This document shows, piece after piece, positions 12,176 through 24,660 of a DNA stretch of 64,000 nucleotides. Below the pieces are notes generated by a model. That model was given only the letters and a program-made list of their open reading frames with translations. It did not search any database and had not been told where the DNA came from. Positions within the stretch are counted from its first letter, which is position 1; each line of letters begins with the position of its first letter. The translations under genes and the position numbers were made by a program. The DNA comes from Amoebidium appalachense (Eukaryota; Protista; Ichthyosporea), in NCBI GenBank assembly GCA_963693365.1, contig CAVNZM010000003.1:8662046-8726045 (forward strand), written 5' to 3'.

Positions 12176-14442
12176 ATGTCTCAGGCAGCTAGCTGGAGGT
12201 CTGCGGGCCTGAAGTGAGTGTTCACCCCAACTCTGTGTGCTTGTTCTGTGTTTGTGTGGGTGAATGGCATGTTGCTTATATGTGACACCACGAGTATTTA
12301 CGTCACAAGCACCTGTTTCTGCCCACCTTGTTGTGCCTACCTCTGCCGAAACCATTTCCTACTGAGCAAGAGACACCTGCATGTACTTTTGCGCACTATT
12401 GACTTTCAACAGGTCGATGCACACCTCGAATGTGCACATATTTCCAAGTTGTTTGTCACGTTGTGGCATCATGCAGGTGCAATAACTGTGAGTGCACGCA
12501 ACCGCTATTTGCCTATATCCCTGGTTCTAATACACAGATAACTTGGACTGGTATGTTTTTTCCATGCAAAAAGCACACAAGCTTCTTTGTGCATGGGTGT
12601 CTCTCATACCCTATCGGAACGCTTGTCTGTCGAGGGGGGAGAGGGGGAGAGCGCTAGTATTGGGTGTGGTGATTTGTGTGTGTTTGCGTGTGTGTGCATG
12701 TTTGTGTTTTGTGTGTGGCCGGGAACATAAATGTGAGAAGGGAACGAAGTTGTGCTGACGGGGGAATGGATGGAAGTGGATGCTTACAGCACGCACTCAC
12801 ACACACACACACACCCACACACACACACACACGCCTGCATAAAAAGCTCATCTATTCCCCCCCACCCACCCCCCGGTTGTTAGAAAAAACCTTGCATTTT
12901 CTCCGTCTCAGCAGTGCGCAGTGCCCCCCCCCCATACACATGCGCCCATGCAGGCACACTCGCTCGCACCCGTGACGTGTACATTGTAACCCCCCCCCCC
13001 CCATGTAAATACACACGTGCACATGTGGGTGAATGTGTTCATGCTAACTGCTACTTCGTATTCGTGTAGGTGTTGCTGTCTTGTGCAAACTCCTTGCCCA
13101 CCACCTTCCCCTCGTTTCCTGCGTGTTTTGCGCGTGTGTTGCCGCGTGTACACGCTGAAGAGCACACACACACACACACACGTATTGAGTGCACACACGG
13201 GTTTATATGTGCATTCGGGCACACATTGATTCCCATGTTGTCATTGCACCGGCTTTCTTTGCTTGCCTTTGTGCTTGGTGGTATGCTCATTGCTCACACC
13301 TGTGCATTGTACGCCTAAAAGGCATTATCCTCCCTTTGCTCTGTGTGTTACGTAGATCCCCCCCCCCCCCACACACATCGTCACCGTTTTGCTCACCTTG
13401 CTTGCATAAGCAACCCTGCTCGTCTTTGATCAAGACGGGTTGACCCGCCCAAGCTCAGTTGATGCTGCTGTCTGAGTTGGAGTGTCGTATATACGCGGGC
13501 TAAGGGGTCGAAACTCAGACGCAATTGATGACTTGGGTCCTCCCTGAGGATGGGCTCTGCTTATGACGCATACTGTGCACATGGCTGATGTTGCATACTT
13601 GAATGTTTGCCTTTGCATGTGTCCTTCGTGTATGCGTACTTCGTACTGTGTTCCGCATTCAAACCCCCCCCCCCCGTTGACCCTCCCAAGTTCAGCTGAT
13701 GCTGCTGTCTGAGTTGGAGAGTCGTATATATGCGGGCTAAGGGGTCGAAACTCAGACGCAATTGATGACTTGGGCCCTCCCTGAGGAAGGGCTCTGCTTA
13801 TGACGCATACTGTGCGCATGGCTGATGTTGCATACTTGAATGTTTGCCTTTGCATGTGTCCTTCGTGTATGCGTACTTCGTACTGTGTTCCGCATTCAAA
13901 CCCCCCCCCCCCCCCCCCCCCCCCCCCTCTCTCTCCCTTCCCTTAAACACACACACAACAACACCATCACCATCACTACCCTTGTTTGTTTGTTTGTTCG
14001 TGGCTTGTTTTGCTTGTGCGTTTCTGCATATCCTCTTGATAACCCAGCACTGTGGCTTTCGTTGTGTATACATCTAATGTAACGTGTGACCCCCCCCCCC
14101 CCCCCCCCCCCAACACCCACCCACACAGACACACACACCAAAAAGGAAAGAAAAAAATTGATGCATACTCTTCGTGTATGTTGGGAACGTCTGCATATAT
14201 GTCGTTTGTATTTCATATGGGTGTACATTTACGTGTTACGGGGGGGGGGGGGCAACAGGCCTCGTTCTGAGAGCTGGTGTGTGCGGATGCATTCCACCCT
14301 ATGTTTGTGTCGGTGCCTTTACCTCTTCCAGCAACCCCTAGAACCTCTTCTCTTATTTGACACACACGCTTTCACTACGCATTCAACCACCTTTTTGAAA
14401 CCCCCAGTGCTATCTATCCATGTATTCCAATTGGTCATCCCA

Positions 14443-14478
<36 letters not shown>

Positions 14479-14588
14479 GCGCTCCTTCCCCCCTCACGCT
14501 CTGGATAGTCTTTGTATGATTCACTGTATGTGCGCACTGTGTTGGCCGTCATGTGTATGTCGTACTGTGTACCGCATGCACACCCCCC

Positions 14589-14633
<45 letters not shown>

Positions 14634-15517
14634 TGTGTGCGTGTATGTGTGTCTTAACCCCCATCCCCCCCCCCCCCCCCCCCCCCCCCCAGCTACGTGC
14701 GGTTCAGCAACATTGCTGCCGCCTGTGTGCGCCGGGCCCTCTCCGGGGAGAAGGCAGCCAACGCACTCAAGCGCGAGGACATCTCCCTCAAGTTTGCACG
14801 CTGGCAGGGCGGCAAGCCCGTCGGCAACCCCGGTGTGTACATGTGTGTGTGTGTGTGTGGAGAATGATGTGTGGAGGGAGGCTTTGCGTGTATGCGTTTG
14901 TATTAGCTGGGGGGGGGGAGGGGGTGTGTTAGGGCTTTGTGCTTGTGTGTGTATGTGGTGGTGGTGGTGGTGGTTTTTTTGGGGGGGGGGAGGAGGGGGG
15001 ACGACTGTTCCTTGTGTGCGTGTGTATATGTTTGTGTGAGCCAGTGGGTGCACAAGTAACGGGATGGTTCTAGGTGTTGGTTGTAATTAGAGGTATGCAT
15101 GAGACGTCGTTCAGGATTAGGTCGGCACTTTTCGGCGATAAATATTGTCATGGTGTCAGTGTGAAGGGCAAATAGACTTCTGGAAAAGTGGCAAACAGGA
15201 TGTGTTACTAAATATGGCAGTTTACCTTTCCTTTCCTACCAGCTGATGTGCTGATGTGTACTATGATTTGTCTCTGTCATGCAAGTACGTTTCATGTGCT
15301 GGTTGACGTGTGTGTGTGTGCGCGCGCGCGGGGGCAAGTTTGTTTTTCGCACACACACATGCTCGTGTGTTCTACCGCACGGTACGTGTGTATATACTTG
15401 TATTAGTTGTTTAGTCATTCATTTTTCTTTTCTTTTTTTTGGGGGGGGGGGGGGGTCATGGATGGGGGGTTGAATGCTGACGATGTGGTTTTTTGTGCAG
15501 AGCCTCTGCGCCAGTGA
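12176..15517 (+). CDS. ATP5F1E: Mitochondrial F1 ATP synthase epsilon subunit, 3 exons, 64 aa
   Basis: Exons 12176-12213 (|gtgagt), 14693-14832 (cag|...|gtgtgt) and 15501-15517 (branch gctgac, tgcag|) join in phase: MSQAASWRSAGLNYVRFSNIAAACVRRALSGEKAANALKREDISLKFARWQGGKPVGNPEPLRQ*. The WRxAGLxY..Y/F..I.A..VR.AL signature matches the epsilon (ATP15) family. Confidence 0.93.
13430..13920 (-). repeat. Near-identical tandem dimer of a 237-bp unit inside ATP synthase epsilon intron 1
   Basis: gttgaccc starts at 13439 and 13676. The units differ by a few substitutions and each ends in ttcaaa plus poly-C. Confidence 0.92.
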
Positions 15518-16872
15518 ATGGTGTGGATGTGGCGGCCAGTCAACACGTAGTGGCCGGCAAATAAACCCTGCTGGCTCAGGTTGTGTTAACACTGTGTGCA
15601 TTGAACGGGCTTCTAAACCCCCCCCCCCCCCCCCCCCCCCCCCGCCCCAAACACGCACACACACACACACCCTCCAAAACCTCCTGCTATGTTCACGTTC
15701 AACCCCATGTACTACAGTATATAAAGTTATTGAATGACGCTCTCGAGGGGTCGGAGCACCCCAAGTTCCTTCTCCTTCTGTCGACTCGTCTCATCTTTCA
15801 GAAGCAACAAGCGCCCAGCACGCTATAGCTTCCGAAATTACGGTTTCTCGAGCTCGCCGAGGTTACATACAGTTTTTGTAAGCGAAATCGCTTTGGGTGC
15901 CAACCTCGATATAAGTAAACAGTTCCCTTTTAACTTTTGCATGAATTTACCAGATTATGATCCGTGTGTAATATTTGCGGCTCCTCAAATGACATTATTG
16001 TGACCGATCAGCCTTACCATGCAAAAATTGAAGTTTTTTAGAAAGGTTACAAACGGTACTACTATTTAAGTATATAGTGCCATTATCTTTGTCTACGGAG
16101 ACTCTATGTTGGCATACCTTTTGTGCTTCTTTTTATGGCAAGCAGACAGTTTCCAGAAATGGACGCAGCACCAAATAAAGGGAAAAGCCAATTACATTCA
16201 GTCACTGTCACGAACTCAGTCTCGAGCAGAAGCTGCGTGAGTTAGCTTGTGACACTTCCATCGAGCCTGATCGTGGTTTAGTGTGTGTTTTCAACAACCA
16301 AGAGGAATACGGATATCCTTGGCTTGCTGCAGTGCGTGCGTATGCACCCTACTGAAGGGCGTGTTTGGCAGCGCTTTCAGTACAGTAACTTTGTTTGAGA
16401 TTCATTGTCACAAGTTCTGCGTATATCACAGTCCAGCCTCTGCCGAGAAGACACAAAGGCACGTAGACTGGTCTTGGCGGAAAGGCACGATGTGCACGTG
16501 AATGTACATAACCATGTCTACACTACTAAACTGCGCAAACCCGGCCCCCCACGTATATATTGTGGTCGATTCCGTGTGTAAGAGTGTGTGTGTGTGTGCG
16601 TGTGCGTTTGCTTGTGTGTGTGTGCAGTGTGTGTGCAGTGTGTGCGTGTGTGTGTGTGTGCGCGCGTGCGGTCAATGTGTGTGTGTGTGTGTGCGCCCGC
16701 GTGCGTGTGTGTCTGTACCGTAGCAGCGGCTGTGCGTGTGTACATGTCCCTGTGTGTCCATGCCACGTCGTATGTGTGAAAGTCACGGTGTGCGGTCACT
16801 GTCTGTCAGTCAACGGTGTGCCCGTGCGCACAGGCGAGATCAGGGTGTGTGTGCGTGTGCGTGTCAGAGTGT

Positions 16873-16904
<32 letters not shown>

Positions 16905-17161
16905 TGCAACATGTGCACACACGGTGCCGTGTGCATGTGGGGTCAGTATGTGAACGCGCGCATTGTGAATAAGTTGTTTATAATTCGCGCATGCGTGCAA
17001 GTGTATTATAGCCCGCTCATGCGCATGCATGTGTCTATATTATTGACATAATCACGGTGTGTCTATGGTCCGAGGAGGAGGAGGAGAGGGGGGATGCGCA
17101 AGACATCCATGACACAATCCAATCAACGGAGAGCCAAACAACAAAAAGTGTAACCGTTAGG

Positions 17162-17201
17162 CACGGCCATCTAGAAACACACGGCCATCTAGATGGCCGT
17201 G
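17162..17201. mobile_element. 40-bp minimal TIR element or footprint with 8-bp TSD
   Basis: TIRs cacggccatctaga / tctagatggccgtg, flanked by the direct repeat ccgttagg at 17154-17161 and 17202-17209. Confidence 0.6.
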
Positions 17202-17786
17202 CCGTTAGGCTATTACAATCGGATCAGCAATTCGTTGACATCGCATGGGACCACTGATTTAGTAGCTGGAGCAGAGCAAGTTCACCAAAATACCAACAAA
17301 AGGCAAAGCTTAAATTTAAACAGATCTGAGGTCCATATTATTATTAGGACACTGTGTGGCTTCGAACCAAACTTTACCAATTGCAAATCGTTCTAAATTC
17401 AAGTTGTGCAATGTGCTACCCTTTGAATTCGTAAGGATTCAGTGTGTGATACCAACAGGGTTGAGCTCATGCGATGCAAGCCTGTCTGCCGCGCCCCTCA
17501 CAATATCCCCCCCCCCCCCCCCCCCCCCCTGCCCTCCCTTCCCTCCTCCCCACCCTCCTCCCCCTCCCCCCCTCCCCCCCCCCTCCCCCCCTCCCCCCTC
17601 CTCCCCTCCCCCCACCCCCTCCCCCCCTCCCCCGGCAAGGGGGGGGGGGGGGGGGGGGGGGGGGGGGAGGATCAAATCAAAACACAGACGCACAAGCACA
17701 CACACACACGGCACGCACACACACACATGGCATGCCAGACCGAGTGTACCCCCCTGCAAATGTCCCCTGGGGGTGCGTGTTTGTGC

Positions 17787-17859
<73 letters not shown>

Positions 17860-18076
17860 GTGTGCATGCGTTTCAAACAAAAAATATGATACTTAGTATT
17901 GAACTGCAAAACCGACATAGCAACTGCTCAATGGGTGCCCCGGCTGCAGCGGAGCAGCCGCCAACACATAGGTAAAGATTCTCCCCTTCGCTCATGCCCT
18001 CCCTCCGCCGGATGATCTATCCCGGAACCCCCTCCCCCCCTCCCCCCCCCTTCTCCCCCCCCCCCCCCCCTCCCCC

Positions 18077-18108
<32 letters not shown>

Positions 18109-18428
18109 CCCCGCCCCGTGCCGCCACCTTTGAAAACACCCCTTCTCCTCCCCCCGTGGCACCCCCCACCCCCCAAGCACACACACCCAAAAAAAGAAAA
18201 TAAAAGAGAAAGAAAGACGGAATGAATGAAATATACTGAAAGAAAAGGAAAAGAGAAAAGAAAACCTCGAAGAAGACACTAGTCGCCAGAAACCTCAAGC
18301 TCAGTGACGTCCCACCGTGCCATCCTTAGTAGTACTAGAGAAAGCCGTGGCACCAGCTGAAGTTCATTTGGACCTTGCACACCTTTTAACAGACTCCAAG
18401 CATCCCCCCCCTCACAGCTCTCTCTGTT

Positions 18429-18504
<76 letters not shown>

Positions 18505-18619
18505 CCCCCCCCCCCCTCTCTACCCCGCCCCCTTCCCCCCCCACCCCCCCCCCCTCTCTCTGTCCTCCCCCCCCCCCCCCCCCCCCCCAACTTGAGCCTC
18601 TCAAGTTCTCTCTCTCAAA

Positions 18620-19020
<401 letters not shown>

Positions 19021-19032
19021 ATCACACACACA

Positions 19033-19097
<65 letters not shown>

Positions 19098-20173
19098 CCC
19101 CCCCCCCTCTCTCTCTCTCTCCCCTCTGCCCCCCCCCCTCCCCTCCCCCGGTCTCTCTCTCTCTCTCTCTCTCTCTTCTCCCCCCTTCTTGCGTAGGCCC
19201 TTCCCCCACTCTCTGCCCTCCCTCCCTCCCTCCCTCACTCCCTTCCTACTAGGCTCCCTCCCTCCCTCCCTCCCTCCCTCCCTCCCTCCCTCCCTCGCCC
19301 TCTCTATATGTGTGTGTAGTCTTTCTCTCTCTCCCTCCCTCTCTCGCTCTCACTTTCTCTCCCCCGGTCCTCCCCCCACCCCCCACCCCCCTCCCCCACC
19401 CCCCCACCAGCACACACACACGGAGTCTCTATCTATCCCCCCTCCCCCCCCCTCCCCCCTTCCTATGTTCTCTCTCTCTCCCCCCCCCCGGGCCCCTCTC
19501 GAGAGTCGGCCTCCCCCCCGAAGCACGCAATATCCCCCCCCCCCCCCCCCCCCCCCCCCTCCCCCCCCACCCCACCCCACCCCCACCCCCACCCCGGCCC
19601 CGCGTTAATCATGCATCTACTCCCCGGGGCCGATGGTGTCCGACCAATCTTCCTTCGTGCGGCCGCCACGGTGACTATTATGGTTGGTGGTCATATTTCA
19701 GAGCCACCGAGTGAGGGAGCAGCTCGAGCTCCGAATGACTCATAGTAAAGCTGCAGGTCAACTAAACCCCGTCGAGCTCACTGACTTTGCCATAGTCACA
19801 TTTTGAATGGCCAAACCGAGTGCACTCCCCTTGGAAGCCCTGTTTCTTGGGTCACTGTGTACATGTTGAATCGAGTGTCAATAGTAACTCTCGGGCACCA
19901 GTTAGGCTATATATGGGAGGAGCGGGTGGTCGGATAGCCTATCATACATAGGGAGGAAGAAAAAAAAAGCTCGGAACCTGACTGAAACAATTTGACAATA
20001 ACAAATACAGTCGGGTGGGTCATGCCATGGGAAACCAAAACTTTATTTACGCTGAATAGAATGAATAGGCGTCGATAAAACGGCCAACTGGCGAAGTTCC
20101 CGACCTTGCTACCAAAGCATGAGTCATACATTCCCTGCCTACATCCACGTACAGGTTATCCGCGTACATACGT

Positions 20174-20280
20174 CTGATTGGATCGGATCGTCCAATCAGT
20201 AATTTCACCTACTTTCTCTACTTAGGCACTTTCTCTACTTAGGCATCGGCCTTTACTTAGGCATCCACCTCTACTTAGGC
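20174..20280 (+). promoter_or_regulatory. LINE A 5' UTR: inverted CCAAT pair plus four 17-18-bp tacttaggc repeats
   Basis: ctgattgga-N8-tccaatcag at 20174-20199; actttctctacttaggc x2, atcggcctttacttaggc, atccacctctacttaggc. Promoter role is inferred. Confidence 0.5.
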
Positions 20281-20307
20281 CCCTTGAGGGGCAGCTAGAA
20301 CCCACCC

Positions 20308-21453
20308 ATGGCGTCTCAGGATGCATCCTTGTCCCCGGACCCTCCTGGGACACCGCCTGGGAGCCGCAAACGTGATACACGGGATGGAGAATCCCCAGAT
20401 AAGAGGCTAACTAAACTGAGCCGAGCGGAACAGGTTCCCTTTCCCGAGGTTAAAGCGCCACCGGCCGTGCCGCCAGCAAGTAGTTTTATTTCGAAAGAAC
20501 AACTGCACTTGATACCCGAGAAGGCTAGGAAAGCCGTGCTCAAACTTATGGCGCATCATGAGCAGCTCCGCACCCAAGTCTCCGACTTAACAACCCAAGT
20601 AGCTGAGTATAAAGCCAAACAGGACCACACAGACCTCCTTGTTCAGCAAATGGAGACGCGCTTACGGCAGCTGGAAGCTGACCGGGCAACCCCCACCGGC
20701 CCTGCCCACGCGGGCCCGGCCCCTGCAGCACAGGCAACCCCCGATGGGTTACCCACCCCCCCGGGGTCTCCCAAGTTCATACCCACAACGAATCCTAAGG
20801 TGTACCGCACTACGGTGGACGCCAAGACCGTGTACGTGTCCGAGAAAGTCAAAACGTATGCCGAGTCGGTGGCCCAGACCCACGGGGCTACCCAGGCTTT
20901 GGCAGCCCTTGCCGCAGCGTCAGCACTGCACCCAACCCGCCGCCCTCGGGTGGCGTCTGACCCTGCCCCTCAGGGTACCGACGAGTCCGAGTTGACCACT
21001 GCAGCCTTCACCTTGGTGCCGGCCAACATCAGCACCATGCGTGACCGTCTTTACACCCTCGGTGTCCTCAACCGAATGATTCCCGACATGCTCTTCATTG
21101 GCCGTCGCTACACAGTGTTCATTGTGCGTGCCGGCTACCGTGATACCCTCATAAACATCATCCAACGTGCTACCGACGCCACCTTTCTCGCAGACTTCGA
21201 TCCTACGGCTCCCTACAACACCACACTTAACCGTGTTGATGCAGAGGCCGCTGCCCGGGCCTCTTGGCAACGCCGGGTGCTTGCAAGAATGGCCAACGCC
21301 CATGCATGGGCTGTCAAGGCAGCCACACTTTACCCGGCACACGACAGCCGGGCCAAAACAGCAGCTGAGGTGCGTGCCTACTGGGAGGCTCAGCACGTGC
21401 AGGTCTTCAGCAAGCCCTACGACCCCACCGCCGCACCAGCCAACTCCCAGTAA
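20308..21453 (+). CDS. LINE A ORF1 protein (coiled coil + putative RNA-binding domain)
   Basis: 381 aa; heptad-like segment EQLRTQVSDLTTQVAEYK...LRQLEAD. The motif LFIGRRYTVFIVRAGY...DFDP aligns with family B LSFIGYDVLEVAVRGDY...SYDP. Stops 2 nt before the ORF2 ATG. Confidence 0.85.
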   Translation: MASQDASLSPDPPGTPPGSRKRDTRDGESPDKRLTKLSRAEQVPFPEVKAPPAVPPASSFISKEQLHLIPEKARKAVLKLMAHHEQLRTQVSDLTTQVAEYKAKQDHTDLLVQQMETRLRQLEADRATPTGPAHAGPAPAAQATPDGLPTPPGSPKFIPTTNPKVYRTTVDAKTVYVSEKVKTYAESVAQTHGATQALAALAAASALHPTRRPRVASDPAPQGTDESELTTAAFTLVPANISTMRDRLYTLGVLNRMIPDMLFIGRRYTVFIVRAGYRDTLINIIQRATDATFLADFDPTAPYNTTLNRVDAEAAARASWQRRVLARMANAHAWAVKAATLYPAHDSRAKTAAEVRAYWEAQHVQVFSKPYDPTAAPANSQ

Positions 21454-21455
21454 GC

Positions 21456-24400
21456 ATGCTCTCCTTTCTTTTCTGGAATGCTCGTAGTCTAAATAAGAGT
21501 AAAGCACAGTTTCTTCTTTCGTTACCCCAACAGGAGTTCCCGTTTATTGTTGTCGCAGAAACGTGGTGGCGAGACCACGCCACACTCCGTCGGTCTATAC
21601 GGCTCGTCGGCGAGTCTACTCAGCCTGTGGGCCACAAGCCTCACTCCGGCATAGTGTTCATCGCCGCCTACCACTTTGTTAACCACTGTTCAGTTATAGC
21701 ACGTACAATACACACACTCACCATCTCAGTTTGTGGCCATATATGCACTTTTGTTTATTTTCCACCTAGCCTTCCACTTCTAGCACTTAAACACGAGCTT
21801 AACACCATCGCCCCACATAACCCCACACTAGTGTTAGGAGACTTTAATAGCCCGCTAACTACCACCCCACACCCCCTACACGGCCACCCACAGGCCCTAC
21901 TTAAACCCAACCACCCACGCACGCCAACCTTTCACACTTTTGTTACAGCCTTACGCCTTACTCTTCCATCTGTAGTACAAGAACACCGCACGGACTGGGG
22001 GGCAGCCTCTGGTCCTTGCACCTTACACATACACCACAACCTACACCCCCCACCGTCAGACCACCTACCTATAGTCTTTCGCACTACACTTAGCCGTTCT
22101 ACGCCGTCACCACAACACACTTACAGACTTAACGTACGCGAACTTAAAAGCCAGCGCGGCCAAGCAGACACTCGCTTCTTTTTCGAGACGGTGCAACCGA
22201 GTCTATTATCGCTTGTGCGTGATGGACGCCAAACCCCACTACGCACCGACCAGACCTTCATCGATAGCGTCTGGTCTACAGTACGAGAAACCTTGTGGGA
22301 CATAGGTGAATATGCCTGTTTAGGTGCCCAAGTTTACCCACAAGTACGAACTACACACACTCGCGGCCCTCGAGCGGAGGCTGCCTTACGTAAGCCTCTA
22401 CCGTATCACATGCTATTGGGTAATATTCGGAAGATTGATCGCGGCGATCATTCGATTCGAATAACGGCCGACCCGTCATCCGACCCGGAATCTGCAACCG
22501 ATTCCTTTTACGGCACCCTGTTTAAACGTAACCCGACATGTATGGCCACGGACCTGGGGCAGGCGCCCCCTCCTGTTTTTGTTCCACCCTCCGACACACC
22601 ACCACCACCACACACGGCGTGGCCAGCGGGGCCGGCTGAGTTTGGGGGCGGAATTGGGGGAACTTTTTACCCCAGATGCGGTATGGCAGTTAGTCTCCCG
22701 TTACCCGTCCCGCAAAGCGTGCGGGCCGGACGGCATCCCTATGGCACTACTTAAGGTACTCATCCCACCCCGACCCGAGAAAGACGAAAAGCGTGGCCCG
22801 CCGCCACCACTTACATGTATTCTTAGCGAGTTGTTTAGCTGGTATTCTGATGTCGGTAAAGTGCCCTCGGAGTGGCTAGCCACCTTAGTGTTTCCCATCA
22901 AGAAAACGGTTGCACAGGGTCCCATCCACGAATTTCGCCCTATCACCCTTACGTCCGTTTTTCGCCGATTATTCGAAAGTGGCCTTTTACAGGTCTTTTC
23001 CCGTAACCCCACCCTTAAGCAGGCTTCCCAGCTGAGCCCTCTTCAGGCGGCGTTTCGGCATCGACACTCATGTTACGCACAAATCCTCACTCTACATAAT
23101 GCAACTCAAAGTGATACCGAGCACCTCGTATTTATCGATTTTAAGAACGCGTACGACACGGTCGACCTCCCTCGCCTGTGGGCCAAGTTAGCCACTCGCG
23201 GTGTCCCATTCCAAATGGGTCGGCTACTGGAAGCTATGTTTACGTTTACACGCGGACGAGCGGTGGTTAATGGGCGGCTATCCCCAGGGTTTACCCGCAC
23301 GCGCGGGGTACTTCAAGGGTCCCTGCTAAGTCCTCTTCTTTTCAACCTGTATATTGATGATTTAGCCGACACTCTTTCTGCGGCACAAATTGACGGGGGG
23401 TTGCCATCCCAGGCTCCTCCCGCCCTCTTTTTTGCCGACGATATTGTGCTTATGTCATCCGATCCTCTCGAACTACGGCAATACATTCGTGTGGTTGAAC
23501 ATTGGTGCCAGCGCAACGATATGCAGATTAATGTCAAAAAGTGTGCCCTTTTATCAAAATCGATACCGGCATGGGACGACGTTTGTATTTTCGGCAGTCC
23601 CCTCCCTCGCCCAATCGAATACAAGTATTTGGGGATTCCGGTGGACGAATGGGGCATATGTTTCAAACGGATGATCGACCGTCGGGTGGAGAGTGCAGGC
23701 AGGTGTCTTCGGTTATTTCGGGATGTGTATCTTGCTTCTCTTTCTCATACTGTCCACCTATACAATCGTCTTAGTATATTTCGCACATATATTCGCCCTT
23801 TGTCGGAATACGGGTTGCCCTTACTAGCTATGGCACCCCCTGATACTGTTACTAATGTCCTCAAATCATTAGATGATTTCCATTACACAACTTGTTGTAT
23901 GTTTCTCACTGGTCTTTCCACACCTATCCCTAGACGCCTTTTTGATTCTCTCTACGCACTCACACCACCATCACAACGCGTACACGAATTAGCCCTTAAA
24001 TTTCACGAGCACATCACCCGCCTGTCCGCTTGTGCCCCGGACCACCCGCTCTTCCGGCTACACGCATCCCCGCCGGATTCGCCCCTGTACCTCTTCCCTT
24101 CCCCATCGTCTCTGCCCATTGCCGAGCGCTATGTGGAATGGCTGGCGACCCCCCCGGAGGTACGGCTAGATCATAGTGTGAATATGAATAGTTTCAAGTC
24201 TATGGCTGATAGATATCTTTTTACTCTACGTGTTGAGTCCCTTCCGGTGTTAGGACCGCACAAACACCAACTACTAGTAGCCTATATGGCGGATACGGTT
24301 AGAGAGTCTCGTTCATACATAGATTCGTTTATTCGTAATGTGGTATGGTGTAAAAACGCAAAGATGATTATGGCTTGGCGGTGTAATCGGTTTCTGGTGT

Positions 24401-24660
24401 CTCCTGCTCGTATGTGTAATATGTGTGGGGGGCGGTTTACTCGCGGCTGCATATCTATCAATAAATGCAACCTGTTAGCTAATGTATTAGAACCGGAGGT
24501 TATTGGCGGTTTTATTCTCTTTTCTTCATCTCTTCCTCAATATATCCGTTTTAAGATGACTATCCTAGATCACCTTATTAATGCTGCACAGTATGATATT
24601 GTGATCCGGTGCCTTAACTTTCTGTCGGAGCTACCGATGCTAGCATCTGCTTACCCATAA
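21456..24660 (+). CDS. LINE A ORF2: APE endonuclease + reverse transcriptase, one +1 frameshift near 22625-22650
   Basis: APE motifs FWNARSL, VAETW, LGDFN, SDHLPI. RT motifs RPITL, FIDFKNAYD, GVLQGSLLSPLLFNLYIDDL, FADD, YKYLG. C-terminal CxxC. Split into track ORFs 21456-22754 and 22579-24660. Confidence 0.92.

Noticed and set aside
19626-19690. HDV-like ribozyme at the LINE A 5' end
   Set aside because: A ggccg/cggcc P1-like pair exists, but I found no complementary P3 and no GG for P1.1.
20211-20280. Telomeric TTAGGC repeats or a mini-CRISPR
   Set aside because: The hexamers are not contiguous, and the linkers are short variants of one another.
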